A program made the translations under genes and the position numbers. The notes under the pieces were generated by a model. That model made no database searches. It worked only from the letters and a program-made list of their open reading frames with translations, and was not told where the DNA came from. Of a stretch of 64,000 nucleotides of DNA, positions 9,831 to 19,353 are shown piece by piece. Origin of the DNA: Candidatus Sumerlaeia bacterium (GTDB lineage: Bacteria; Sumerlaeota; Sumerlaeia; SLMS01; JANRJK01). Location of the stretch: contig JANRJK010000043.1 of the NCBI GenBank assembly GCA_033764015.1, forward strand, positions 20,402-84,401, in the 5' to 3' direction. The stretch's first letter is position 1, and each line of letters opens with the position of its first letter.

Positions 9831-10645
9831 TGACCGCCCTCGCCGCCCCGCACGCAACCCCCGGCACGCAGGAACAGAAGCACGTCTCCGAGCCGCCCCT
9901 GCTGCGGGTGGACAAGCTCGACTTCTACTACGGCGAGAAGCAGGCGCTCTTCGGCATCGAACTGGACATCCACCAGGGCGAAGTCCACGCGATGATCGGA
10001 CCGTCGGGCTGCGGCAAGTCCACGCTGATCAAGTGCTTCAACCGGATCGCCGAACTGAACCCGATCGTGCGCACGCAGGGCCGCATCCTCTTCCGCGGGC
10101 GCGACATCCTGGCGCCGGGCGAGGACCTCATCACGCTGCGCACGCAGATCGGCATGGTCTTCCAGCGCCCGAACCCATTCCCCAAGTCGATCTACGAGAA
10201 TATCGCCTACGGACTGCGGCTGCACGGCGTGAAGGACAAGGCGACCATCGACGACGTGGTTGAATGGTCGCTGCGCCGCTCCGCGCTCTGGGGGGAGGTT
10301 CACAACCGGCTCAAATCGAGCGCCCTCGCCCTCTCGGGCGGCCAGCAGCAGCGCCTCTGCATCGCCCGCGCCCTCGCCGTTCAGCCCGATGTGCTGCTCA
10401 TGGACGAGCCCTGCTCGGCGCTCGACCCCATCGCCACGGCCCGCATCGAGGAATTGATCATCGAGCTGAAGTATTCCTACACGATCGTCATCGTCACGCA
10501 CAACATGCAGCAGGCGGTCCGCGTCTCCAGCAAGACGACGTTCCTCTACCTTGGGGAGATCATCGAGACCGGCGATACGAAGCAGGTCTTCAACGCGCCG
10601 GTCCACAAGCGCACGAAGGACTACGTGGCCGGCGAGTTCAGCTAG
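9830..10645 (+). CDS. pstB: Phosphate ABC transporter ATP-binding protein
   Basis: TGATG overlap; Walker [43 protein letters not shown] and [10 protein letters not shown] motifs. Confidence 0.97.
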   Translation: MTALAAPHATPGTQEQKHVSEPPLLRVDKLDFYYGEKQALFGIELDIHQGEVHAMIGPSGCGKSTLIKCFNRIAELNPIVRTQGRILFRGRDILAPGEDLITLRTQIGMVFQRPNPFPKSIYENIAYGLRLHGVKDKATIDDVVEWSLRRSALWGEVHNRLKSSALALSGGQQQRLCIARALAVQPDVLLMDEPCSALDPIATARIEELIIELKYSYTIVIVTHNMQQAVRVSSKTTFLYLGEIIETGDTKQVFNAPVHKRTKDYVAGEFS

Positions 10646-10732
10646 CCCCGCCGCAGGCCAGCGCTTGCCCTTGCTCGCCCGCAGCCAAGCTCCGAATCTT
10701 CCCGCTTCGAGCGCGAGGCGCCGTCCGCGACC

Positions 10733-13700
10733 ATGTGGCAGTTGCTGAATCCAAACTGGTGGGTTCCCCCCGAGGTCATCGCCATGGGCTGGTGGCTCGC
10801 CTGTGCCGTGGCGGGCTCCCTGCTCTGGCCCCTCACGCTGCGGCTGTTCCGCGGATTGGCGGAGGACGGGTCTGCGCTCGCGGTCCCCTTCGCACTGGTC
10901 ATTTGGGCGTTCGCATCCTGGAGCGTCGCGCACCCGTGGGGCGGTCCCGAGGACGTCGGCCTGCTCTGGCGGGTGCTGCTGCTCGGCGGAGCGGCGTTCT
11001 GGGGACTGGTGCTCATCGCATTCGAAGGCCCGCTCCGGCCCGCGGCGCGCCACTGGACCGGACCCGCCCTGCTAGTGGTTCTCGGCGTCCTCGCGCTCCC
11101 GCTACAGTCCGACTCCGCCTGGGGCGTCCTGCTAGCGCTGGCGGCGGCGGGGCTCTGGGCGTGGCGTGGCGAGTACCCCGCGCTCCGTCGCCGGATGCGT
11201 CGCGGCGCGGTTCCCTTCGTGGTCGGCCAGCTACTCTTCCTCCTCGGCTTCCTATTCTTTTGCGGCGTCCGCAGCCACCTCCCCGCGGTGACGTTTGTGC
11301 TGGCGGACTACCCGGCGGAAAAGCTCGGCAACATGACCCACTTGTCGAGCGTGCTCCGCTCCGGCTGGATGCCGCCGCAGGACGCATGGTTCGGCGGCTA
11401 TCCGACCAACTACTACTACGGCGGGCACTATCTGGTGGCGCTGCTGGCCAAGGCGGTCGGCGCGCACCCGGCCGTCGCGTTCAACCTCGGGCTCGCGACG
11501 GTCTTCTCCGCGACCCTGACCGGCGCGACGGCGCTTGGGTGGAGCGCAGCGGCCTTCGCGCGCCGCCGCCCAAGGGTCGCGCTCCGCGGACCGTTCGCGA
11601 TGCCCCGCGGACTCGGCTTCGCCCTCTTCGGGGGCGTGGCCACCGCCCTCTTCGGCAACCTCGACGCGGTGCAGCAGGTGCTCACCCGCGCGGAGGGCTC
11701 CGTGCCGCACGCCTACTGGATCGACTTCTGGCGGTCGAGCCGCGCGATCAAGGGAACGCCGCAGTTCTCCACCGAGATCGGCACGATCACCGAGTTTCCC
11801 TACTTCTCCGCCATCCTCGGCGACCTGCACCCGCATCACATGGCGCTGCTTTGGACGATCCCGGCGCTCGCGTCGTGCCTGCTGCTGTGGCGTCTCGCCA
11901 GCGCGCTGCGCCCCCGGACCGAGGGAGCCTACGCCCTCGCCGCGGTGCGCCCCCTCCTGCTGATGGCGTTCTTCATCGGCGCGGTGTTTCCGGTGAACAT
12001 CTGGGATTCCATCGTGCTTTCCTTCGTCTTCCTGCTATTCATGTGGCAGTCTCGCCGCACCGTGCAGGCGTCGCCGCTCTGGAACCAAGCCGCCTACGCG
12101 CTGGTCGCCGGAGCGCTCGCCTGGCTCGGCGCGCTGCTGCTGAACGGCGGGGGAGCCTCCGCGCTCGCCTCGCCCGCGCAGTTCGCTATCGCGGTTGTCG
12201 TGCTCCTCTTCGTGCCGTTTTACACTGCCTTCTTCCTGCCCGCGGCGCCGCGCTGGGCGGGCCACGCCGCCGCTTGGACCGTCGCCGGGCTGCTCATGAT
12301 TTCGGGCGGGATCCTGGGGGCGGCGTCCTCGGGCGCGCCACCCCAGCTCGGCTCCGGCGCGCGCGACGCGGCTCTGCTGCTAGGGGCGGCGGCGATCGCC
12401 GCTCTGGTTATCCTCCAAGGCGGGGCATGGGTCGCCCGCTTCGCCTCCGTCTTCGGCGTCTACGGAGTCGTCGGGGGCCTCGCGCTCGCCGTCTGCACGC
12501 CCTTCCGCTACTTGTTCCGGTCGCCGCTTGGGTCCGGTGAGCCGCTGCTCGGCGCGAAGTTCCCGCCGTACCTGAATCCATACTACACCCAGAACTCCGG
12601 CGTCAGCTTCCTCGAAGGCGCTCCCTTCGGCATCCTGCCGAAGCAGCTCCAGACCACCGTGGCGGAGTTCGGCGTTCATTGGGGGCTGCTACTCGCGCTT
12701 CCCGCGCTGGCGCTTTACTCGCTGGGTGCGGCTTTGGGTCCGCGGGGGCGCCGTCTGGCTGCGGTCGCCCTGGGAGCAGCGGTTGCGGCCTTCGTGCGGA
12801 TCAACTCCGAAACATGGGTGCTGCCGCTAACGAGCGGCGCCACCGTGGCCGCACTGCTTGTGCTGCCCGCATCCCAAGGCGCCGGCCGCCTGTTGCTCCT
12901 GCTGGGAGCGCCTTTCCTCTTCTGGACAGCGTGGTGCGAAGCCTTCTTCATCAACGACACCATGACCGGCGACCTGGAGCGCTACAACACCCTGTTCAAG
13001 ATCTACTACCCGCTTTGGCCGCTGCTGGGCGCCGCCGGCGCGGCGTCGCTCGCCGCGCTCATGGACACGCCGAAGCGCGCGCAGGCGCTCTTCCTCGCGG
13101 GTGCGGTCGCCGGCCTCGGCTTCGCCTATCCGCTGCTCGCCACCGCGACGCGCACGAACGTCCTCGGCGAATACGCCAAGCGACACTTCGACGGCGGCGG
13201 AGACTCTTGGGGCGGGTTCAATGAAGACCGCACGCCCGAGCACTACACCACGCGCACGCTCGACGGCTCCGCGTGGCTCGACCAGGACCGCAACTATGTA
13301 GGCGACCGGGGCGCGATCGAGTGGCTTCGCGCCAACGCTGAGCCGGGCGCGCGCCTGCTCGAAGCGCCGAGCCCCCAGGGCTACTCCGGCGCCGGGCGCA
13401 TCGCGGCGTTCTCCGGCGTTCCGAGTGTCGTCGGCTGGATCAACCACGAGAACCAATGGCGGGGCTGGAGCGTCCCCGCCCCGTTCGACATGCAGCGGCG
13501 GTACTTCGCCCCGGTCGCGCCGAGGCTCGAGTCGCTGGAGCCGATGCTCAACGGGCTCGATGGACTGCGGCCGCTCTCCACGCAGGAGGAGCGCGAGGCG
13601 TACCGGCTTTCGCTGGCCGCGCCCGCGGAGTTCGACGACTTCCTCCGCGGCGTCTTCCCCGAGTCGGACCCGGAGACGCTGGTGATCGTGAAGCAGCGCA

Positions 13701-13972
13701 TCGAGGCCGCCCGCAACCGCGGGTTCGTGCACGCCACGCTGATCGAGCGGCTGAACGCCTGGCTCGACGACATCTGGCGCGCGCCGAGGCTTTCCGACGC
13801 AACGCTGGAGCGGCTCCGGTTCCTCGGCGTCCGCTACGTGGTCGTCGGCAGCATCGAGCGCGAGATGTATCCCCCCGAATCCATCGCAAAGTTCAGCTCG
13901 CTTGAGACAGTCTACGAAGATGGCGAGACGCGGATCCACCGCGTACCCGTGGACGTGGAGGCAGCGCCGTGA
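10733..13972 (+). CDS. DUF2298 / Chlor_Arch_YYY multi-pass membrane protein (putative GT-C-like glycosyltransferase)
   Basis: EK...MPPQDAWFGGYPTNYYYGGH, WRSSRAI, TITEFPYFSAILGDLHPH, RYNTLFKIYY, TLDG, SVVGWINHENQWRG and RYVVVGSIERE motifs. Confidence 0.9.
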   Translation: MWQLLNPNWWVPPEVIAMGWWLACAVAGSLLWPLTLRLFRGLAEDGSALAVPFALVIWAFASWSVAHPWGGPEDVGLLWRVLLLGGAAFWGLVLIAFEGPLRPAARHWTGPALLVVLGVLALPLQSDSAWGVLLALAAAGLWAWRGEYPALRRRMRRGAVPFVVGQLLFLLGFLFFCGVRSHLPAVTFVLADYPAEKLGNMTHLSSVLRSGWMPPQDAWFGGYPTNYYYGGHYLVALLAKAVGAHPAVAFNLGLATVFSATLTGATALGWSAAAFARRRPRVALRGPFAMPRGLGFALFGGVATALFGNLDAVQQVLTRAEGSVPHAYWIDFWRSSRAIKGTPQFSTEIGTITEFPYFSAILGDLHPHHMALLWTIPALASCLLLWRLASALRPRTEGAYALAAVRPLLLMAFFIGAVFPVNIWDSIVLSFVFLLFMWQSRRTVQASPLWNQAAYALVAGALAWLGALLLNGGGASALASPAQFAIAVVVLLFVPFYTAFFLPAAPRWAGHAAAWTVAGLLMISGGILGAASSGAPPQLGSGARDAALLLGAAAIAALVILQGGAWVARFASVFGVYGVVGGLALAVCTPFRYLFRSPLGSGEPLLGAKFPPYLNPYYTQNSGVSFLEGAPFGILPKQLQTTVAEFGVHWGLLLALPALALYSLGAALGPRGRRLAAVALGAAVAAFVRINSETWVLPLTSGATVAALLVLPASQGAGRLLLLLGAPFLFWTAWCEAFFINDTMTGDLERYNTLFKIYYPLWPLLGAAGAASLAALMDTPKRAQALFLAGAVAGLGFAYPLLATATRTNVLGEYAKRHFDGGGDSWGGFNEDRTPEHYTTRTLDGSAWLDQDRNYVGDRGAIEWLRANAEPGARLLEAPSPQGYSGAGRIAAFSGVPSVVGWINHENQWRGWSVPAPFDMQRRYFAPVAPRLESLEPMLNGLDGLRPLSTQEEREAYRLSLAAPAEFDDFLRGVFPESDPETLVIVKQRIEAARNRGFVHATLIERLNAWLDDIWRAPRLSDATLERLRFLGVRYVVVGSIEREMYPPESIAKFSSLETVYEDGETRIHRVPVDVEAAP

Positions 13973-16569
13973 GGGAACCGGAGAGGCTTCTCGGCCGGCC
14001 GCCGGGCATGCGCCACCTGCTCTTCGCCGCCCTGCTGGCGGTTTGCGCGCTGCTGCGGCTGCTTCACCTCGGCGAGCGCCCCATCATGCACGACGAGGCG
14101 CTCTTCACGTTCTACGCCTTCGAGCAGATCTACGAGAACCTCGACTACCGGTACCTTCCGATCCTGCACGGGCCGCTGCACCTCCTGGTGCAAGCGGGCT
14201 TCTGGCATGTCTTCACGGACACGGACTACACGATGCGGCTGCCGATGGCGCTCTTCGGGATCGGTGGCTTCTTCTGGATCTGGTCGCTGCGCCGCTGGCT
14301 CGGCGAGGTCGGGACCTGGGTTTCGCTCGCGTTCTACTCGCTGTCCCCGGGGCTGGTGTTCTTCGCGCGCTTCTTCCGCGAGGACGGCGTCTTCGTCTTC
14401 CTCGCCCTTTGGATCGTCGCGAGCGGCGCGCACTGGTGGCACACGCGGCGCCCCTCGTGGCTCGCGAGCTTCCTCGTCGCGAACACGCTGCTCTTCTGCA
14501 ACAAGGAGAGCTCGCTCTTCGTCTATTTCAGCGTGGTCACGTTCTTCGTGCTCCTCGTGCTCGGCGATGGCGCCCAGTACCTGTTCGAGCGGCGCAGCCA
14601 CACCGCCGCCGTGCTGGCCGCCTGCGACGACACGCCGCGGATGCCGGCCCCGTGGATCGGCGCCGCGATGCTGTTCACCTTCGTCACGTTGTGCCTGACC
14701 CGGATCTTCGAAGGCATCACCTACGACAGCGACGTCCAGGCGGCGATCGGCCACGACTTCGTCCTTCGCGATGTGCGCTCCATCCCGCTCGCGCTGGGAT
14801 GGATGCCGGACCTCGATCCCTCCGTCGCCGGCGCCCTCGGGACGGGGGCGTTCTGGCGCGTGTTCTATCTGGCGCTGGCGCTCGGCTGCCTCGGATTCTT
14901 CGCGCTGCTCCGCGCCGCCGTCGACCGCCGGTGGGGGCACCGCGGCGTGCTCGAGTCGTGGTGGGCGATGGCCTACGAGGCGCGCTGGGTGCTGATCGGG
15001 GTCCTCCCGCTGTGCGGCGCGCTCTACCTCGCGATCTTCACAACGCTTTTCCAGAACCCCCTCGGCTTCTTCGAGATTTATAAGCAGACGTGGGCCTACT
15101 GGGGCGGCCAGCACGAGTGGGGGCGCATCGGCGGACCGTTCCACCTGCACAGCGTGAACCTTCTGGTGTACGAGCTGCCGGTCGTGCTGCTCGTGGTGGG
15201 CGGGTGGGTCTACTCGCTCTGGCGGCTGCGCTGGACGCGCACCACGGCGCTGGCGTTCCTTCTCGTCGCGGTCGCCGCCGCGGCCTTCCACAAGGTCACG
15301 TTCAGCGGCCTCCAGGCGTTGCCGCCGCTCGAGAACGGCGTCCAACTCCTCGAACCGCAGGGACTTGGCATCCGCTACTTCATCTACCTGATCGCGGGCT
15401 GCGCGGCGGCCTGGATCGTCGTCACCGCGTTCCCTTCGTCGGGCCGCGCGGTGGGCCCGCTCTGGATGCTCGGCCTCGCGGGGTTCTCGATCCTCTACTT
15501 CGCGCAAGGCTTCTGGCGCGATTTCCTCGCTTCGCCGCTCTACAAGGGTGGCGAGCCTGTTCGCCTCAGCAACCGGCACGTGGACGGCGCCGGTTACCTC
15601 GAGGTCACGCTGAACATGGACGGCGGCTGGAACCTCGCCTACGTGATGGTGCTGGTCTTCTTCGCGGCGCTGGTGGCGTGGCGCGAAATCGAGCGCGGCC
15701 GCGCCTTCCACGGCTTCCTCACCTGGTGGGCCGTGACGTCGCTGGGCGCGGCGAGCTACGCGCGCGAAGCGGTGCCGCAGGTCGGCATCCACGCCGCGCT
15801 GCCCGCGATCCTCGTGGCCGGCGTGTACGCCCAGCGCTTCTGGGACTCGCCGCGATTCGTCCCGTGGCGCGGCGCCGCCGCGGCGTTCCTCGCGCTGTCG
15901 CTCCTCTGGAACACGAAGTCCACCGTGCAGCTCAACTTCAAGTGGGGCGGCGACGCGCGCGAGCGCATGGCCTACTCGCCCACCGGGCCGGAGCTGCGCG
16001 CCCACGCCCGCGAGGTCGTTGACTATGTCAACAAGAGCGGCTGGCGCCGCGGGATCGTCCCGCATCCCGCCACCGGGACCGAGATGGAGCAGTGGATCGC
16101 CTTCTACAACGACCCGGGGCGCCAACGGGAGCCGCGCGTCCTCGTCACCGCCGAGACCGCCATCTGGCAGCTCCGGTGGTATCTCCGCGACATCGGCTTC
16201 GAGGAGTTCGTCCCCGTCCAGCAGGCGGTCGATCTGGACTACGACTTCCTCTTCATCGACCCGGGGCAGGAGGACGCCGTCCCGGGGCTGCGCGAGAAGT
16301 ACCACGTCACCTATGGCCGGGGGCGCGTCTTCTGGACGCCGGACGCGGTCTCGGTGCCAGTGCTGCTCGACATCTGGCTGGCGACGATCCCCAAGCAGTA
16401 CGCGGCATCCGGGACCGACGTGGATCTGCGCCTCGCCGAGTCGAAGTCCCAATGGAGCCTCATCCTCCGCTACTTCGCGTTCCGCGAGGTGTTCGACGGG
16501 CCGGGCCGCCCCTACCCCGCGGTGTCGGCGGGCTACTACGTGTTCTGCCGGCGCAAGGACCTGCCCTAG
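13969..16569 (+). CDS. TIGR03663 / Agl23-like membrane protein (PMT/GT39-related)
   Basis: RLLHLGERPIMHDEA, YRYLPILHGP, FARFFRED, CNKE and YWGGQH...RIGGPFH..YELP motifs; GTGA overlap with the upstream gene. Confidence 0.85.
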   Translation: MREPERLLGRPPGMRHLLFAALLAVCALLRLLHLGERPIMHDEALFTFYAFEQIYENLDYRYLPILHGPLHLLVQAGFWHVFTDTDYTMRLPMALFGIGGFFWIWSLRRWLGEVGTWVSLAFYSLSPGLVFFARFFREDGVFVFLALWIVASGAHWWHTRRPSWLASFLVANTLLFCNKESSLFVYFSVVTFFVLLVLGDGAQYLFERRSHTAAVLAACDDTPRMPAPWIGAAMLFTFVTLCLTRIFEGITYDSDVQAAIGHDFVLRDVRSIPLALGWMPDLDPSVAGALGTGAFWRVFYLALALGCLGFFALLRAAVDRRWGHRGVLESWWAMAYEARWVLIGVLPLCGALYLAIFTTLFQNPLGFFEIYKQTWAYWGGQHEWGRIGGPFHLHSVNLLVYELPVVLLVVGGWVYSLWRLRWTRTTALAFLLVAVAAAAFHKVTFSGLQALPPLENGVQLLEPQGLGIRYFIYLIAGCAAAWIVVTAFPSSGRAVGPLWMLGLAGFSILYFAQGFWRDFLASPLYKGGEPVRLSNRHVDGAGYLEVTLNMDGGWNLAYVMVLVFFAALVAWREIERGRAFHGFLTWWAVTSLGAASYAREAVPQVGIHAALPAILVAGVYAQRFWDSPRFVPWRGAAAAFLALSLLWNTKSTVQLNFKWGGDARERMAYSPTGPELRAHAREVVDYVNKSGWRRGIVPHPATGTEMEQWIAFYNDPGRQREPRVLVTAETAIWQLRWYLRDIGFEEFVPVQQAVDLDYDFLFIDPGQEDAVPGLREKYHVTYGRGRVFWTPDAVSVPVLLDIWLATIPKQYAASGTDVDLRLAESKSQWSLILRYFAFREVFDGPGRPYPAVSAGYYVFCRRKDLP

Positions 16570-16575
16570 CCCGCG

Positions 16576-17643
16576 ATGGCGCTCACCGTCGGGTACGACG
16601 CGTCCGCCTCGCTTGGCGCGCGCACGGGAATAGGGCGTTACACGTTGGAGCTGCTGCGGGCGCTGGTCGCGCTGCGCGAGCCGGACGTGGAGTTCGTCGT
16701 GCTGCTCAACTCGCTCCGCCGCGAGCCCGGCCCCGAGCACCGCTTCCTCTTCGAGACCCCCGGAGTGCGGGTCGTGCGGCGGCGCCTCCCCGGGCCGGCG
16801 ATCGTCCGCGGGTGGGCCGACTGCGGGTTGCCCACGTGGGAGCGGCTCGCGGGCGTGGCCTGCGATGTGGTGCACGGACCCGCCGGTTACCTGCCGCCGA
16901 CACGCGCGCCGCTCGTCGCGACGGTGCACGACCTTTCGTTCCTCCGCGAGCCGGAAGGCTCGTCGGGCGCCCTCGCGGGCGAGCTGTTCCGGCGGCACTG
17001 GCCACGGAGGCTCCCGCAGGCGGCGGCGGTCGTCACGCCCTCGCGCTTCGTGGCGGAGGACATCGCGGCGGCGTATCCGCGGCTCGACCCGTCGCGCATC
17101 CACGCCATCGCGCACGGCGCGGACCACCTGCCGCCGGCATCCCCCCAGCCACCCGCGCCGGGCCCCTACGCGCTCGCCGTCGCGGGGGCGGAGCCCCGCA
17201 AGCGCACGGAGCTGCTGCTGTCCCTGTGGCGGGACCACGGCGCCGGCCTGCCGCCGCTGCACATCGCGGGAGTCGCGCCGCGGCCCGAATCGCCTCCCGG
17301 GGTCCAATTCCTTCCGCGGCTCGGCGACGGCGAGCTGGCGACGTGGTACGCGCACGCGGCGGTGCTGGTGATGACGACGCGGGAGGAAGGCTTCGGGCTT
17401 CCGCTCCTCGAAGCCGCCCGCCACGGCGTGAGGACGGTGTGCGGGCGGCACAGTTCTCTCGCGGAGATCGGCCCGGGAATGGCAGTTTTCGTGTCGGAGG
17501 ATTCCGCGGGGGGCTTCGCGGAGGCCATCCGCCGCGCGCTGGCCGCGCCGCGGGACGGTTCCGTCGAGCGCGCCGCCGCCCCGTTCACCTGGGCGGAGGC
17601 CGCGCGCCGAACGCTCGCGGTCTACAGGTCGGCGGCGGTTTGA
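16576..17643 (+). CDS. Glycosyltransferase family 4
   Basis: TGIGRYT, ATVHDL, EPRKR and EEGFGLPLLEA motifs; FTW near the C-terminus. Confidence 0.92.
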   Translation: MALTVGYDASASLGARTGIGRYTLELLRALVALREPDVEFVVLLNSLRREPGPEHRFLFETPGVRVVRRRLPGPAIVRGWADCGLPTWERLAGVACDVVHGPAGYLPPTRAPLVATVHDLSFLREPEGSSGALAGELFRRHWPRRLPQAAAVVTPSRFVAEDIAAAYPRLDPSRIHAIAHGADHLPPASPQPPAPGPYALAVAGAEPRKRTELLLSLWRDHGAGLPPLHIAGVAPRPESPPGVQFLPRLGDGELATWYAHAAVLVMTTREEGFGLPLLEAARHGVRTVCGRHSSLAEIGPGMAVFVSEDSAGGFAEAIRRALAAPRDGSVERAAAPFTWAEAARRTLAVYRSAAV

Positions 17644-17722
17644 CGAGCCTCAAGACTTGCTTGCCGCAACGGGCCCCCGCGCCCTCTGATCTCGCCAGAG
17701 AACATCCGGAAGCGAAGCCCCC

Positions 17723-19345
17723 ATGCAGCGCCCCCTAGTCGGTGTGATCGTCGGAAGCAGGTCTGACTTCAACGTGATGCGCCGCGGGCTCGAGACGCTT
17801 CGAGTCATGGGGATTCCGTACGTGTTCGAGGTCGCCTCGCCGCACCGCAACCCGGAGCGCGTGGCGCGGTTCGCCTCCTCCGCCGGCGAGCGCGGACTCG
17901 AGGTCCTGATCGCGGGCGCCGGCGGCAACGGCCAGCTCCCCGGCACGCTCGCCTGCTACACCACGCTCCCCGTGATCGGCGTCCCGGTGGACGCCACTCC
18001 GATGCGCGGCGAGGACGCGCTCCTTGGCATCGTCCAGATGCCCCCCGGCACGCCGGTGGCCACCGTGGGCATCAACCAATCCGAGAACGCCGCGATCCTC
18101 GCCGTCCAGATCCTCGCGCTGAAGCACGCCCGCTTCCGCGAGGTCCTCGCGCACCGCCGCATGAACGCGGTGCAGAAGCTCGACAAGCTCCGCCACGACC
18201 TGCAAACCGAGTACCCCGACCTGACGGATCCGAACCAGACCAGCCCGCTGCGCCTTGTTTCCGGCGACGAGCCCGACACGGATCCCGGCAACGCGACGGA
18301 GGAAGCGACCCCGGAACCGCCGGAGGACCGATCCGACCGCATCCGCCCGGGGGCCGTGCTCACGGACCGTGGCGTGAAGCGGATGGACCCCGCGCACCTG
18401 GTCCGCACGCCGATGCCGCAGGAGCCCGCCTCCGCCGCGTCGCAGAACGCCACCGAAGACAAGACGCCGGAAGTCCCCGCACTCCGCACCCGCAGCGGCG
18501 GCAAGTCCGAGGCCGAGCAGGACACGCTCGACGGCCCCCCGCCCCCCGACACCCGGCAGGTCAAGAAGCTCGCGAAGGCGCAGCCGGAGCGTCCCCAGGC
18601 GAGCCTGTCACCGGAGACTCCGGCCGGCGTGATGGAGCGCCTCCTCGAACGCGAACCCCCTGCCCCACCGGGAGACTTCGTCGAGGTTCCCGACGATGTG
18701 GACACCCGCGTCTTCAAGGTGGATGCGAACGCGCCGGACGTGAACGTCCTCGAGCACGCCATGCTCGTGATCCTCGAGGGGGGAATCGTCGCGATTCCGA
18801 CCGACACGGTCTACGGCCTCGCCGCCGACGCGACCAACCCGACGGCGGTGGCGCGGCTGCTCTCGCTCAAGGGGCGCGACCCCTCGCGCAAGAGCCTCTC
18901 GCTGCTGGTCGGCGACGTCTCCGCGCTCGACACGCTGGTGAACGAAGTGCCCGGCCCGCTGGAGCGGGTGCTCGACGAATTCTGGCCCGGCGGCCTGACG
19001 GTGCTCTTCGAGCGCCGCCCGACGGTGCTCGCGGACGTGACCGAGTCGCGCTCCATCGGCATCCGCGTTCCCGCCGATCCGGTGGCGCTGCAACTGCTGC
19101 AGATGGTCACGCGTCCGCTCGCGGTCATCAACACGGCGATGGGGCGCGGCGGCGCGGCGACCACCCCGGAGGACGTGCTCGCGCGCTTCTCCGGGCGCAT
19201 CGAGTGCGTCATCGACGCCGGAAAGTGCAAGGAGGGCGGCACCAGCACGGTCCTCTCCGTGCTCACGGAGCCTTTCGAAATCCTCCGCGAGGGCAGTGTG
19301 CCGCGCAGCGAGCTCGCCAGCATCCTGCAGGACCGCCTCAAGTAG
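17723..19345 (+). CDS. PurE (N5-CAIR mutase) - disordered linker - TsaC/Sua5 (YrdC domain) fusion protein
   Basis: N-terminal GVIVGSRSD, SPHR, IAGAG, LPVIGVP and VQMPPGTPVATV (PurE); C-terminal AIPTDTVYGL, KGR, WPGGLT, IGIRVP, STV and ILREG (YrdC); one continuous ORF. Confidence 0.88.
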   Translation: MQRPLVGVIVGSRSDFNVMRRGLETLRVMGIPYVFEVASPHRNPERVARFASSAGERGLEVLIAGAGGNGQLPGTLACYTTLPVIGVPVDATPMRGEDALLGIVQMPPGTPVATVGINQSENAAILAVQILALKHARFREVLAHRRMNAVQKLDKLRHDLQTEYPDLTDPNQTSPLRLVSGDEPDTDPGNATEEATPEPPEDRSDRIRPGAVLTDRGVKRMDPAHLVRTPMPQEPASAASQNATEDKTPEVPALRTRSGGKSEAEQDTLDGPPPPDTRQVKKLAKAQPERPQASLSPETPAGVMERLLEREPPAPPGDFVEVPDDVDTRVFKVDANAPDVNVLEHAMLVILEGGIVAIPTDTVYGLAADATNPTAVARLLSLKGRDPSRKSLSLLVGDVSALDTLVNEVPGPLERVLDEFWPGGLTVLFERRPTVLADVTESRSIGIRVPADPVALQLLQMVTRPLAVINTAMGRGGAATTPEDVLARFSGRIECVIDAGKCKEGGTSTVLSVLTEPFEILREGSVPRSELASILQDRLK

Positions 19346-19353
19346 CGACCGCC

